This document shows positions 23,136 through 31,302 of a stretch of DNA of 32,000 nucleotides, one piece after another. Location of the stretch: assembly GCA_963704755.1 (NCBI GenBank), contig OY969938.1:3990001-4022000 (forward strand), written 5' to 3'. The position numbers were made by a program, and so were the translations under genes. How positions within the stretch are numbered: the stretch's first letter is position 1; each line of letters begins with the position of its first letter. The notes below the pieces were generated by a model. It did not search any database, had not been told where the DNA came from, and was given only the letters and a program-made list of their open reading frames with translations. This DNA comes from an uncultured Chloroflexia bacterium. Lineage in GTDB: Bacteria; Chloroflexota; Anaerolineae; Anaerolineales; Anaerolineaceae.

Positions 23136-23599
23136 TGCCTACCTACGCTAAAGAAACCACCGTGCCGGTCGAGCGCTCCAAGGGCGAGATCGAGCGGACG
23201 CTGCAGCGCTACGGCGCCAGCGCATTCCTATACGGCTGGGACCGCGACCGGGCAGTAGTCGGCTTCGACGTGGACGGCCGGCGATACCGCATCACCCTGG
23301 CGATGCCCAGCCGGGACGAATTTCGCCGCACCGAAACCGGGCGGACCCGCTCCAGCCAGGCGGCCATCGAGGCCGCCTGGGAGCAGGCCACCCGGCAGCG
23401 CTGGCGGGCACTGGCGCTATGGATCAAGGCAGTGCTGGAGGCGGCCGAGGCCGGGATCGTCTCGCTGGAAGAGGCGCTGCAGCCGTTCACCGTGCTGCCC
23501 AATGGGCAGACGGCCGGCCAGTGGCTGGCCCCGCAGATCGAGGCGGCGTATCAAACGGGAAGAATGCCGGCAATGTTGCCGGGAGGAGGCGGAATATGA
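23135..23599 (+). CDS. Hypothetical phage protein (154 aa)
   Basis: The ATG overlaps the ParB stop (TAATG). GC-rich codon usage is consistent with the neighbours. The track ORF 22391..23599 only becomes genuine from 23135. Confidence 0.65.
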   Translation: MPTYAKETTVPVERSKGEIERTLQRYGASAFLYGWDRDRAVVGFDVDGRRYRITLAMPSRDEFRRTETGRTRSSQAAIEAAWEQATRQRWRALALWIKAVLEAAEAGIVSLEEALQPFTVLPNGQTAGQWLAPQIEAAYQTGRMPAMLPGGGGI

Positions 23600-23808
23600 A
23601 TTCACAATTCGTGAGCGATATTGATGGAAAAAATTCTTCTCTTGATAAATTACAGGATTTACTAACTTCGGAAGAATTAAGTGAATTAGTCCAAGCCATT
23701 GAAACGGTTAAGAACTTTCGTAACGGATTCGGAATTGTAAAAATTTCTTTTGAACAAAGAAGAATAAAACAAGTCGCAATGACTTCAACAATTAAACCAG
23801 GGATTTAA
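23596..23808 (+). CDS. Small protein, possibly YezD/DUF2292-like
   Basis: ATGA overlap with the upstream gene. The AT-rich DNA starts exactly here. ...NGFGIVKISFEQRRIKQVAMTSTIK resembles the G-x-V-x-I...I-x-Q-V beta-hairpin pattern of YezD-type proteins (weak). Confidence 0.5.
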   Translation: MNSQFVSDIDGKNSSLDKLQDLLTSEELSELVQAIETVKNFRNGFGIVKISFEQRRIKQVAMTSTIKPGI

Positions 23809-23898
23809 AAGATTAGACAACCAAGAATTCAAACGATTCTTAAATCTTGGTATGTATTCTATATATAATAGATTTACAAGGGGATATAACAACAAATC

Positions 23899-24711
23899 AT
23901 GAAAAAGCGAATGAATATAGCTACTCTTTCGTTAATTATCAGCGTTCTCGCTATAATTCTTAACGCGCCAACGATGATTGTGTTTATGAAAAACCAAATT
24001 AATGAATTAAAATCCCCAAAATTATATTTGCAACAGGATATAAGCACATTTCCAGGTTTATATGACATAACTGATTACGCAAAAACCACAGATATTTTGC
24101 GTTTTTATCTGAAATCAGTTCAAAAGCCACTGAATGTTATTAATAACAACTTACTCCTTGAGGTTAAAAACAATAAAGAAAACGACTACATAAATATGAA
24201 CTCAAGAATTCCTATAAAACTAATATCCTATGAAGAATACAATGAAGTAAGAGATCTTTATCTCCCAACAGGTGCAATCGGAGGTCCTGGCGGAGAAAGC
24301 AATTTGCCATTTTTGGCTACATTGCGGAATTCGCCAGGCGAAGAAGTTTTTGGCGACTATGTCATATTAGTTGACTACTCAAAAGGAACTGTCGAATTTG
24401 ACAACATGTCGGTAGACTATTTTCCGATTTCACCAGGAGAAATAAAACATATCAACTTAATAATCAGATTTCCCAAACCCGGCATTTACGTTTTTCAGGT
24501 TGGTCTTGAATATTGGGATGGGGAAAGATTAAAAACCAAATGGCTAAATAAGAATATCACTGCTATAGTACCTAAAAGATTCCGTTTGTGGGAACGGAAT
24601 GATAACGATATTAAAGATAACAACCTTGTTTATTATGGATTTTGCACATTTGAGGGTAAAAATTCCTATAACGAAATTTTCGGTTATGATTGTATAGTTC
24701 CCAAAAATTAA
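23899..24711 (+). CDS. N-terminally membrane-anchored hypothetical protein (270 aa)
   Basis: MKKRMNIATLSLIISVLAIILNAPTMIVF anchor, then a domain with no motif I recognise. AT-rich. Confidence 0.7.
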   Translation: MKKRMNIATLSLIISVLAIILNAPTMIVFMKNQINELKSPKLYLQQDISTFPGLYDITDYAKTTDILRFYLKSVQKPLNVINNNLLLEVKNNKENDYINMNSRIPIKLISYEEYNEVRDLYLPTGAIGGPGGESNLPFLATLRNSPGEEVFGDYVILVDYSKGTVEFDNMSVDYFPISPGEIKHINLIIRFPKPGIYVFQVGLEYWDGERLKTKWLNKNITAIVPKRFRLWERNDNDIKDNNLVYYGFCTFEGKNSYNEIFGYDCIVPKN

Positions 24712-24952
24712 TCTTCTACTAAACTCTAAAATAAAAAAAGGGCATAAAAGTTACAAAAATTGTTTCAATTAAGAACAGTTACTAGTAACCCAATTGAATA
24801 ATTTGTAGACCATCAAACAGTCTCTATGGAACATATTGACGTTCGATCAATGAGCAGCGCTAGTCCTCTTCTCTTTAATTTATTAACACGAAAATATCCC
24901 TAAAAAATCAATTTAAGGATTATTACGCGGAAGATAATCCAAGATTTATCAG

Positions 24953-25150
24953 CTAACCTTTAATTACTGAATAAATCTGGGTGAACCCGAAAACAAAAAC
25001 TACAACCATAACGAGAGCCACAATTAATGTTACAACAGTGAAAAGAACACTAATTGTGATTATCTCTCGGACTTTTTGTGAAAGTCGATAACGATCTAGG
25101 ATTCTATTTGCAAATTCCATTAACAATTCTAATAATCGTGTAATTATCAT
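24953..25150 (-). CDS. Small hydrophobic protein (65 aa)
   Basis: ATG at 25150. The C-terminal half ITISVLFTVVTLIVALVMVVVFVFGF is a TM helix. Confidence 0.45.
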   Translation of the reverse strand: MIITRLLELLMEFANRILDRYRLSQKVREIITISVLFTVVTLIVALVMVVVFVFGFTQIYSVIKG

Positions 25151-25218
25151 CTTGACTCACTTCCGTTTCGTTTCCTCCTAACGGTAAGCTGGTGACTTAC
25201 CGTTTTGGTTTAATTTAC

Positions 25219-25302
25219 TTAAGGGAAATGGCTTAGATCTGCATTCACCTTTTGTAATTCAGATTCAATTGAACGTGGTTGCTTTCGCTTTTCCTTCATC
25301 AT
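25219..25302 (-). CDS. Possible 27-aa basic peptide
   Basis: AAAAGGAG, then 7 nt, then ATGATG. MMKEKRKQPRSIESELQKVNADLSHFP*. Below the track cutoff. Confidence 0.25.
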   Translation of the reverse strand: MMKEKRKQPRSIESELQKVNADLSHFP

Positions 25303-25534
25303 AAAAAGCTCCTTTTGTACTTTTAAAAAATCAGGGAGTCCAGCCATACTTGGCGAACTCCCTGAATGCATACTCCCGCTTTTTTTAGGTCAAACTGTAC
25401 AACACCTAAAGAAACTCCAAGTTGCTAGTAAAAAGACATCAATAGGTTAACAATATTTTAAAAAATCGACAAAATCACAATTATTTTTCGCAATAAGGAC
25501 ATTTTTGTAAACACAATCACGTATTGGGATATGC

Positions 25535-25644
25535 TTCATCGCCTTTGAAAATTTGATCTATAATATAACTATAGCTCAGCGAGGCATTGATCCCGGAGCT
25601 GTAAACCGACAATTCTGTCGGCGAGCAGCGCCGGGTTTTTGTTT
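25535..25644 (+). promoter_or_regulatory. Putative late promoter plus structured leader ending in an intrinsic terminator, upstream of the lysis/packaging genes
   Basis: Consensus TATAAT at 25559-25564; the -35 is ambiguous (TTCATC at 18 nt, or TTGAAA too close). Hairpin CCGACA-ATTC-TGTCGG at 25606-25621. It overlaps a GC stem CGGCG-AGCAG-CGCCG (25619-25633) followed by GGTTTTTGTTT. Confidence 0.4.
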
Positions 25645-25666
25645 AACCCACTTTCACGGAGGAAAT

Positions 25667-26059
25667 ATGGACATCGACATTCTAGGGATCGTCACGTTGC
25701 TGGCCGGGTTCGTCGGCCTATCGGCAGGGATCATCCTGTTCCTGGGGCTGTTCATCGAGAGCATCGTCGAAGCGGTGCTGGCCAGCCTCTTCGACCACTT
25801 TCCCAAGATCCAGCCCTACAAATGGACCCAGGCTTACGTCGCCATCGCCCTGGGGATCGTCGCGGCCTTCTTGTACAAGCTGGACCTGATCTACCTGTTC
25901 GGCATGCTGCTGGCCAAGCTGACCGGCGTCGATCCCAGCCCGATCCCGATGACGGCGTTGGGGCTGATCCTGACCGGCCTGGCCATCGGCAAAGGCTCGA
26001 ACTACCTGCACGAGTTGATCAAGAAGTTCCTGCCTTCCAAGTCGCTCGCCCAGGGCTAA
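25667..26059 (+). CDS. Holin-like multi-TM membrane protein
   Basis: GGAGG RBS and ATG at 25667. It has 3-4 hydrophobic helices and a charged C-terminus (HELIKKFLPSKS). It is the first gene of the lysis cassette. Confidence 0.6.
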   Translation: MDIDILGIVTLLAGFVGLSAGIILFLGLFIESIVEAVLASLFDHFPKIQPYKWTQAYVAIALGIVAAFLYKLDLIYLFGMLLAKLTGVDPSPIPMTALGLILTGLAIGKGSNYLHELIKKFLPSKSLAQG

Positions 26060-26062
26060 GTC

Positions 26063-26377
26063 ATGTCCGAGGGGATCGTCATTGCGCTTATCGGGTTTGG
26101 GGCAGCCATCACCGGCGGCCTGATCAGCGGGTTCTTCCTGCGACGCAAGAACCAGGCCGAGGTCACCCAAATCATTACGGACACGGCCCTTTCGCTGATC
26201 GAACCGCTCAAGAAGCGGGTGGCCTGCCTGGAAAAGCAAAACGGCCGGTATGCGAAACGGGTCGTCAATCTGATGCGCGGAATAGAAAGGTTGCTGGCCC
26301 AGCTCGGCGAGCTGGGCCAGAAGCCGTGTTGGACGCCCGAGGATTGGGACCCGGACACTGAAGAGGAGCAAGAATGA
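26063..26377 (+). CDS. TM plus coiled-coil lysis accessory protein (holin partner or spanin-like)
   Basis: MSEGIVIALIGFGAAITGGLISGFFL TM, then a helical region and an acidic tail. ATGA overlap with the endolysin. Confidence 0.5.
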   Translation: MSEGIVIALIGFGAAITGGLISGFFLRRKNQAEVTQIITDTALSLIEPLKKRVACLEKQNGRYAKRVVNLMRGIERLLAQLGELGQKPCWTPEDWDPDTEEEQE

Positions 26378-27252
26378 TCGAAGGCACCGATTTATCTTAC
26401 GCAAACGGGGAGGTGGATTACCAGGCCATGAAAGCGGCCGGGATTCGCTTTGCCTTTATCAAGGTCGGGCAGGGAACGGGAATCACAGATCCGCTCTACG
26501 GCGCCCACAAAGCCGGATGCAAAAAGGTTGGCTGCTTATGGGGACCCTATTTCTTTTGCGATTATCGCTACTCGCCTATCGTCCAGGCAAAACGCTTTGC
26601 GGCCATGCCGGGTGATGATTGGGGGCAATTATCCGCCACGATGGATATCGAATACGAAGAGCGGCTGGACTGGGGTCGGCCAAGCGGTAGCGCTATGTAC
26701 GACTGGGGCTGCCAGTTCATCACTCAATTCGAAATCGAAACCCAGGGAAAAAGAACCCTCGTAATCTACACCAATCCCGACTTGATCAGCGAGATCAAAC
26801 CCTATTTGAAACCCGGCGATCCATTCATGCGGCATGGACTCTATCTGGCCCACTGGACCAGCGAGGCGGAGTTCGCCAATTTTAGCCCGTGGCCCGAAAT
26901 GCAGTACTGGCAGCAGGCCGGCGATGTGAAGGGATCGTGGTCTACCGGAAGCGTCGATTACGACTATTTCATTGGGACCGAGGAAGAGTTCGCGGCATTG
27001 GGAAGCGAGGACCAGGGCTCGGTATCAGACCCTGAGCCGACGCCGATCAAAGCGACCGTCACGACCGGGAAGCTCAACTTCAGAAAGAAAGGCGAGGTCG
27101 ACAACAAAAATATCATCACTGCGTTACCCAAAGGAACGGAGACGACCGTTCTTGAAGTTGGACCGTCGGGCAAAGAGACCTGGGCGCACGTACAGCTCGA
27201 TGGGTACATCTGCCTCGAACAGAACGGCATCACCCTGGCGGAGCTGGACTGA
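26374..27252 (+). CDS. Endolysin: GH25 muramidase with C-terminal SH3-like wall-binding domain
   Basis: GTDLSYANGEVDYQAMKAAGIRFAFIKVGQGTGITDPLY...GCLWGPYFF follows the GH25 N-terminal pattern. The C-terminal KATVTTGKLNFRKKGEVDNKNIITALPKGTETTVLEVG...WAHVQLDGYI is SH3b-like. Confidence 0.8.
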   Translation: MIEGTDLSYANGEVDYQAMKAAGIRFAFIKVGQGTGITDPLYGAHKAGCKKVGCLWGPYFFCDYRYSPIVQAKRFAAMPGDDWGQLSATMDIEYEERLDWGRPSGSAMYDWGCQFITQFEIETQGKRTLVIYTNPDLISEIKPYLKPGDPFMRHGLYLAHWTSEAEFANFSPWPEMQYWQQAGDVKGSWSTGSVDYDYFIGTEEEFAALGSEDQGSVSDPEPTPIKATVTTGKLNFRKKGEVDNKNIITALPKGTETTVLEVGPSGKETWAHVQLDGYICLEQNGITLAELD

Positions 27253-27611
27253 TGCCGCGAGCCGCGCTCAAGGTATGCACCTACCCCGGCTGCACCAACC
27301 TGGTGACGGCCGGGCGCTGCGCTCTGCACCAGGCCAACGGCGGGCGAAATTATCCGCGCGACCCGGCCGTCCAGCGGCTGTACAACTCGACCCGCTGGAA
27401 GCGGATCCGCGCTGCGCAGTTGAAGGAAGAGCCCTGCTGCCGGGAATGCGCGAAGAAAGGGCAGCGCGTCCGCGCGACCGAGGTGGACCACATCGAGCCG
27501 CACAAGGGCGACCCGATCAAGTTCTTCGCCGGCCCGTTCCAGTCATTGTGCCACACCTGCCACACCGCTAAGACCAATCACGAGCGGGCGGAAGAGACCC
27601 GAGGGGCCTAA
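27252..27611 (+). CDS. HNH endonuclease (terminase-associated type)
   Basis: CTYPGCTNLV...CALH and CCRECAKKGQRVRATEVDHIEPHKGDPIKFF...SLCHTCHTAKT. Confidence 0.88.
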   Translation: MPRAALKVCTYPGCTNLVTAGRCALHQANGGRNYPRDPAVQRLYNSTRWKRIRAAQLKEEPCCRECAKKGQRVRATEVDHIEPHKGDPIKFFAGPFQSLCHTCHTAKTNHERAEETRGA

Positions 27612-27687
27612 AAATGTTTTCACTTTTCGAAATCAAAGCCGGTTGTAGAGGCGCGTTCGAAAAATTCCCCGATCAAATCTGTATACC

Positions 27688-28171
27688 ATGCCGACCCCAA
27701 TTCAATCTGCCGATCAAATGAGCCCCGGCGGCCGCGCCGGCGGCAAGCACTGGACCAATGCCGAGGTGGAATCACGGCAGGAGGCAGCGAGCGAAACAAA
27801 ACGCGAAAGGCGAGTAACTCTCAAACCACCGGCGTGGCTGAGCGAAGATGCGTTGAAAGTCTGGAAGGATATCCGCAATAAGCTCCAGGGAATCGATTTG
27901 CTGGACAACCTGGACACGGAGCTGCTGGCGATTTACTGCGACGCCATCATTCATTACCGCGAACTCGACCGAGCTATTGCGGTCGGGCGCGGTCGACCAG
28001 AACGGCAAGCCGGTATTTCACGAGGACCTGGTCAAAGCGACGCAAGCCTGGGCGCGAATCGTGACGGCGTATGCCGACAAGCTGGGGCTAACCCCCGGCG
28101 GCCGGGCCAGGTTGGCCAAGAAGAAAGCCGAGAAGAAGGTCGATGAGTTCGAAGAGAAGTTTGGAGGGTAA
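27688..28171 (+). pseudogene. terS: Terminase small subunit (P27-like) disrupted by a 10-bp duplication-type insertion
   Basis: Frame 1 reads ...LDNLDTELLAIYCDAIIHYRELDRAIAV and then becomes Arg-rich nonsense. Frame 2 from 27989 reads AVDQNGKPVFHEDLVKATQAWARIVTAYADKLGLTPGGRARLAKKKAE. Deleting one unit of GCGGTCGGGC/GCGGTCGACC (27979-27998) fuses them in frame. Confidence 0.8.
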
Positions 28172-28174
28172 GCG

Positions 28175-29888
28175 GTGACACACCCTTGCACCCAATACGC
28201 GCTGGACGTCGTCGAGGGACGGCGGGTGGTCGGGCAGTCCGAACGGCTGGCCTGCCAACGCCATCTCGACGATCTCGCGCGCCAGGGCAGCGAGAGCTTC
28301 CCGTGGATCTTCGACGAGGCCAAAGCCGACAAGATCTACGACTGGTTCCACTACTGCCACCACGTAAAGGGGCCGCTGGCCGGCCAGCCCATCGATCTGC
28401 TGCCCTTCCAGAAATTCGACCTGGGCTGCGTTTTCGGGTGGGTGCACAAAGACACCGGCTTTCGCCGTTTCGAGAAGTCCTACAACCAGCGGGCACGGAA
28501 GAACGCCAAATCGACCGAAATGAGCGGGATCGCGCTATACCTGATGGCCGGGGACAAGGAAGAGAGTCCGGAAGTGTACTGCGCGGCGGTGGACCGCGAG
28601 CAAGCGCGCATCGTGTGGAAAGACGCCCGGATCATGGGCCAGAAATCGCCGGACATCCGTAAGCGGTTGAAGATCCTCAACTACTCGATCACCCACATCA
28701 CCCGTGGCGGCGAGCTGAAGGCGCTCAGCAAGGAAACCAAGAACAAGGACGGGCTGAACCCCAGCGGGGTGATCATCGACGAATACCACGCCCACCCCAC
28801 CTCGGAGATCTACGACCTGCTCTGGTCGGCCTGGGGGCAGCGCAGCCAGGCGCTGATGGCCATCATCACCACCGCCGGGTTCGAGACGGTCGAGAACCCG
28901 TGCCACGACGAATATGAGTACTGCAAGAAAATCCTGGCCAAGATCGTCAATAACGAGCGCTATTTCGTGATGATCCGTGAGCTGGACCCGAAAGACAACG
29001 AACACGACCCGGCCAACTGGATCAAAGCCAACCCGCTGCGGGCAGCCACCCCGGAAGGGCTGGCGAAGCTCAAGGAGCAGCACGACGAAGCGTTCGGCTC
29101 GGGGATCCCTGAAAAGATCCGAAATTTCCGGGTCAAGAACCTGGACATTTGGGTCAACGAAACCGAGAACAGCTACATCGGCGAATACATCACCAGGTGG
29201 GACGGCCTGGCGGTCAGCCGGGAGAAATTCATAGAGCTAGACTCGCGGGCTGTTCTGCATCGTCGGAGGAGACCTCTCCAAGAAGATCGACCTGACCGCA
29301 GTAGCGTTCTTGTTCTCTCTTCCGGATGGGCGCATTGCGATTTCCGCCCAGGGCTTCATACCCGATGCCGGCATGGCCAAACACGAGAAGAGCGACGACG
29401 TCCCCTATCGGGAGTGGGCGCGGGATGGGTGGATCACGGTTACACCGGGGGACGTGACCGATTACCGCGAAGTGCAGACGTTCATCCAGGACCGCGAGCT
29501 GGATTGCGGATGGAAGGTGCACGAATTCACCTTCGATCCCTACAACGCCACCCAGTTCGCCAACGAACTCCAAGACGAGGGCTACACCTGCGTGGAAGTA
29601 CGGCAGGGGGTACAGACCCTGAGCGAACCCACCAAGTCGTTTCGGGAGCTGGTGGCCAACGGAACGCTGGTGCACGACGGGTCGCCGGTATTGAAATGGT
29701 GCCTGGCCAACGCGGTGGTGGTGCAGGACAACAACGAAAACATCAAGCTGAGCAAGAAGAATGCCTCCGACAAGAAGCGCATCGACCTGCTGGCGGCAGC
29801 GATCAACGCAATGGTACGCGTCCAGGCCCTGAAAGACACCAGCCAGGACATCAGCGACGACATCAAGGATGAAGGATGGGGCATGTGA
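28175..29888 (+). pseudogene. terL: Terminase large subunit split by a 1-nt frame disruption near 29241-29252
   Basis: The ATPase half (GTG 28175) is convincing up to ...WDGLAVSREKFIEL. The nuclease half continues in the +1 frame from 29241: (T)RGLFCIVGGDLSKKIDLTAVAFLFSLPDGRIAI...FDPYNATQFANELQDEGY...KKRIDLLAAAINAM. The remainder of track ORF 28175..29872 is Arg-rich nonsense. Confidence 0.8.
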
Positions 29889-30043
29889 AGAAATATCTCG
29901 ACGACCTCTTTTACCTGGCGGGCTGCGGCCTGGTGCTGTATGGAATTTCTCTGATCGGCAGCATCCCCGCCATCATCACGGCCGGCCTATTGCTGATCGC
30001 GACCGGCTACCTGGTCGGGAAAGGAAACGAACCGCTGAAATGA
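29885..30043 (+). CDS. Possible 52-aa two-TM peptide between terL and portal
   Basis: GTG overlaps the terL stop and the stop overlaps the portal ATG (ATGA). VKKYLDDLFYLAGCGLVLYGISLIGSIPAIITAGLLLIATGYLVGKGNEPLK*. Confidence 0.4.
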   Translation: MKKYLDDLFYLAGCGLVLYGISLIGSIPAIITAGLLLIATGYLVGKGNEPLK

Positions 30044-31302
30044 TCACCCAGCTTATTCACCGTTCGCTGCACAACCAGGTGAGACCGACCTGGACCATCC
30101 CGGAACTGGCCAACGGCGGCTACTCGCTGCCGACCCTGGCCGGCCAGACGGTGACCCCGGAATCGGCCAAACGGATCGCAACGGCCTACCGCTGCGCCAA
30201 CACGATCAGTGACGACATCGCCATGATCCCGCTGCAGCAGCTCGTCTCGCGGAAGCCCGGCGAAGTGCAGCGGATCTACCCGGACGGGGTGCGGCGCAAT
30301 ATGGCTTATGCAGTCGAAGTCCAGCCCAACCCCTACCAGGTGCCTTTTATTCTAAAAAAGACGGCCATCCTGTGGCTGCTCTTCTGGGGCGACGCCTATT
30401 TCTGGTTCAGGCCACGGACACGCGAGCTCTACGTGCTGGCCTCGAACGCGACCGAACCGGTGATCCAATCGGACGGCAGCCTGTGGTACCGAACCACCCT
30501 GGCCGACAGCTCGACCGAAATGATCCCGGAGGTGGAGGTGCTGCACCTGATGATCAACTCGACCAACGGCATCAACGGCCGGAGCGTCATTAGCTACGCC
30601 CGCGAGACCCTGGGCAGGCGCCTGGCGGGCACGGCGACCCAGGGCTCGATGTACCAAAAAGGCCTGATGCCCGGCGCGGTGGCCACGATGAAAGGGAAAG
30701 TCGATAAAGAGGCGCGCGACAAAGTGCGCGAATCGTACTGGGAAGCAGCCTCGGGATCGGGCAACGCCGGCGGAGTGGTGGTGCTGGACGACAAGGTGGA
30801 GAAGTTCGACCTGGTCCAGATCAAACCGGTGGACGCCCAATTCCTCGAATCTATCGAAGCCACCGATGTCGAGATCGCGAATTTCTTTTCCTTCCCCCTG
30901 TACAAGATCAACCAGGGCAAGCAATCCTACGAAGCCAACGACCAGCAGGACGAGGATTACATGCGCTCGACCCTGGACCCCTACCTGGTGCAATGGGAAC
31001 AGGCGGCCAAGACTCACTGGCAAACGCTGCAAGAGCAAACCTACAGCTACTGGCGCTTCAACCGGGACGCCTTTTTACGGATGAACGCCAGGGCGCGGGC
31101 AGCTTACCTGAAGGACAAGATTCTATCGGGGCAATACAGCCCCAACCAGGCGCTGGCCATCGACGACATGCCGTCTTACGTGGGCGGCGATTACCACTAC
31201 ATCCCGTCGAACATGGCGGTCATTCTGGAAGACGGCAGCATCCAGGTGCTGGCCAAACCCGGACAGGGAAACACCGATGCTTCTCAAGGAGAGAATATAT
31301 GA
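30040..31302 (+). CDS. Phage portal protein (HK97-type)
   Basis: ATG at 30040 (MITQLIHRSL). Typical length (420 aa) and position after terL and before the prohead protease. Conserved-looking stretches include YRCANTISDDIAMIPL, LHLMINSTNGINGRSVISYA and VEIANFFSFPLYKIN. Confidence 0.85.
   Translation: MITQLIHRSLHNQVRPTWTIPELANGGYSLPTLAGQTVTPESAKRIATAYRCANTISDDIAMIPLQQLVSRKPGEVQRIYPDGVRRNMAYAVEVQPNPYQVPFILKKTAILWLLFWGDAYFWFRPRTRELYVLASNATEPVIQSDGSLWYRTTLADSSTEMIPEVEVLHLMINSTNGINGRSVISYARETLGRRLAGTATQGSMYQKGLMPGAVATMKGKVDKEARDKVRESYWEAASGSGNAGGVVVLDDKVEKFDLVQIKPVDAQFLESIEATDVEIANFFSFPLYKINQGKQSYEANDQQDEDYMRSTLDPYLVQWEQAAKTHWQTLQEQTYSYWRFNRDAFLRMNARARAAYLKDKILSGQYSPNQALAIDDMPSYVGGDYHYIPSNMAVILEDGSIQVLAKPGQGNTDASQGENI

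Noticed and set aside
25639-26404. ORFs 25639..26361 (+) and 25718..26404 (-) across the lysis genes
   Set aside because: They are off-frame or antisense to the holin-like and TM/coiled-coil ORFs, and give Arg/Pro-rich low-complexity translations.
29113-29125. 13-nt identity (AAATTTCCGGGTC) between terL and the third iteron copy at 20563
   Set aside because: Several 13-mer coincidences are expected by chance among all position pairs in a 32-kb window, and there is no extended similarity.
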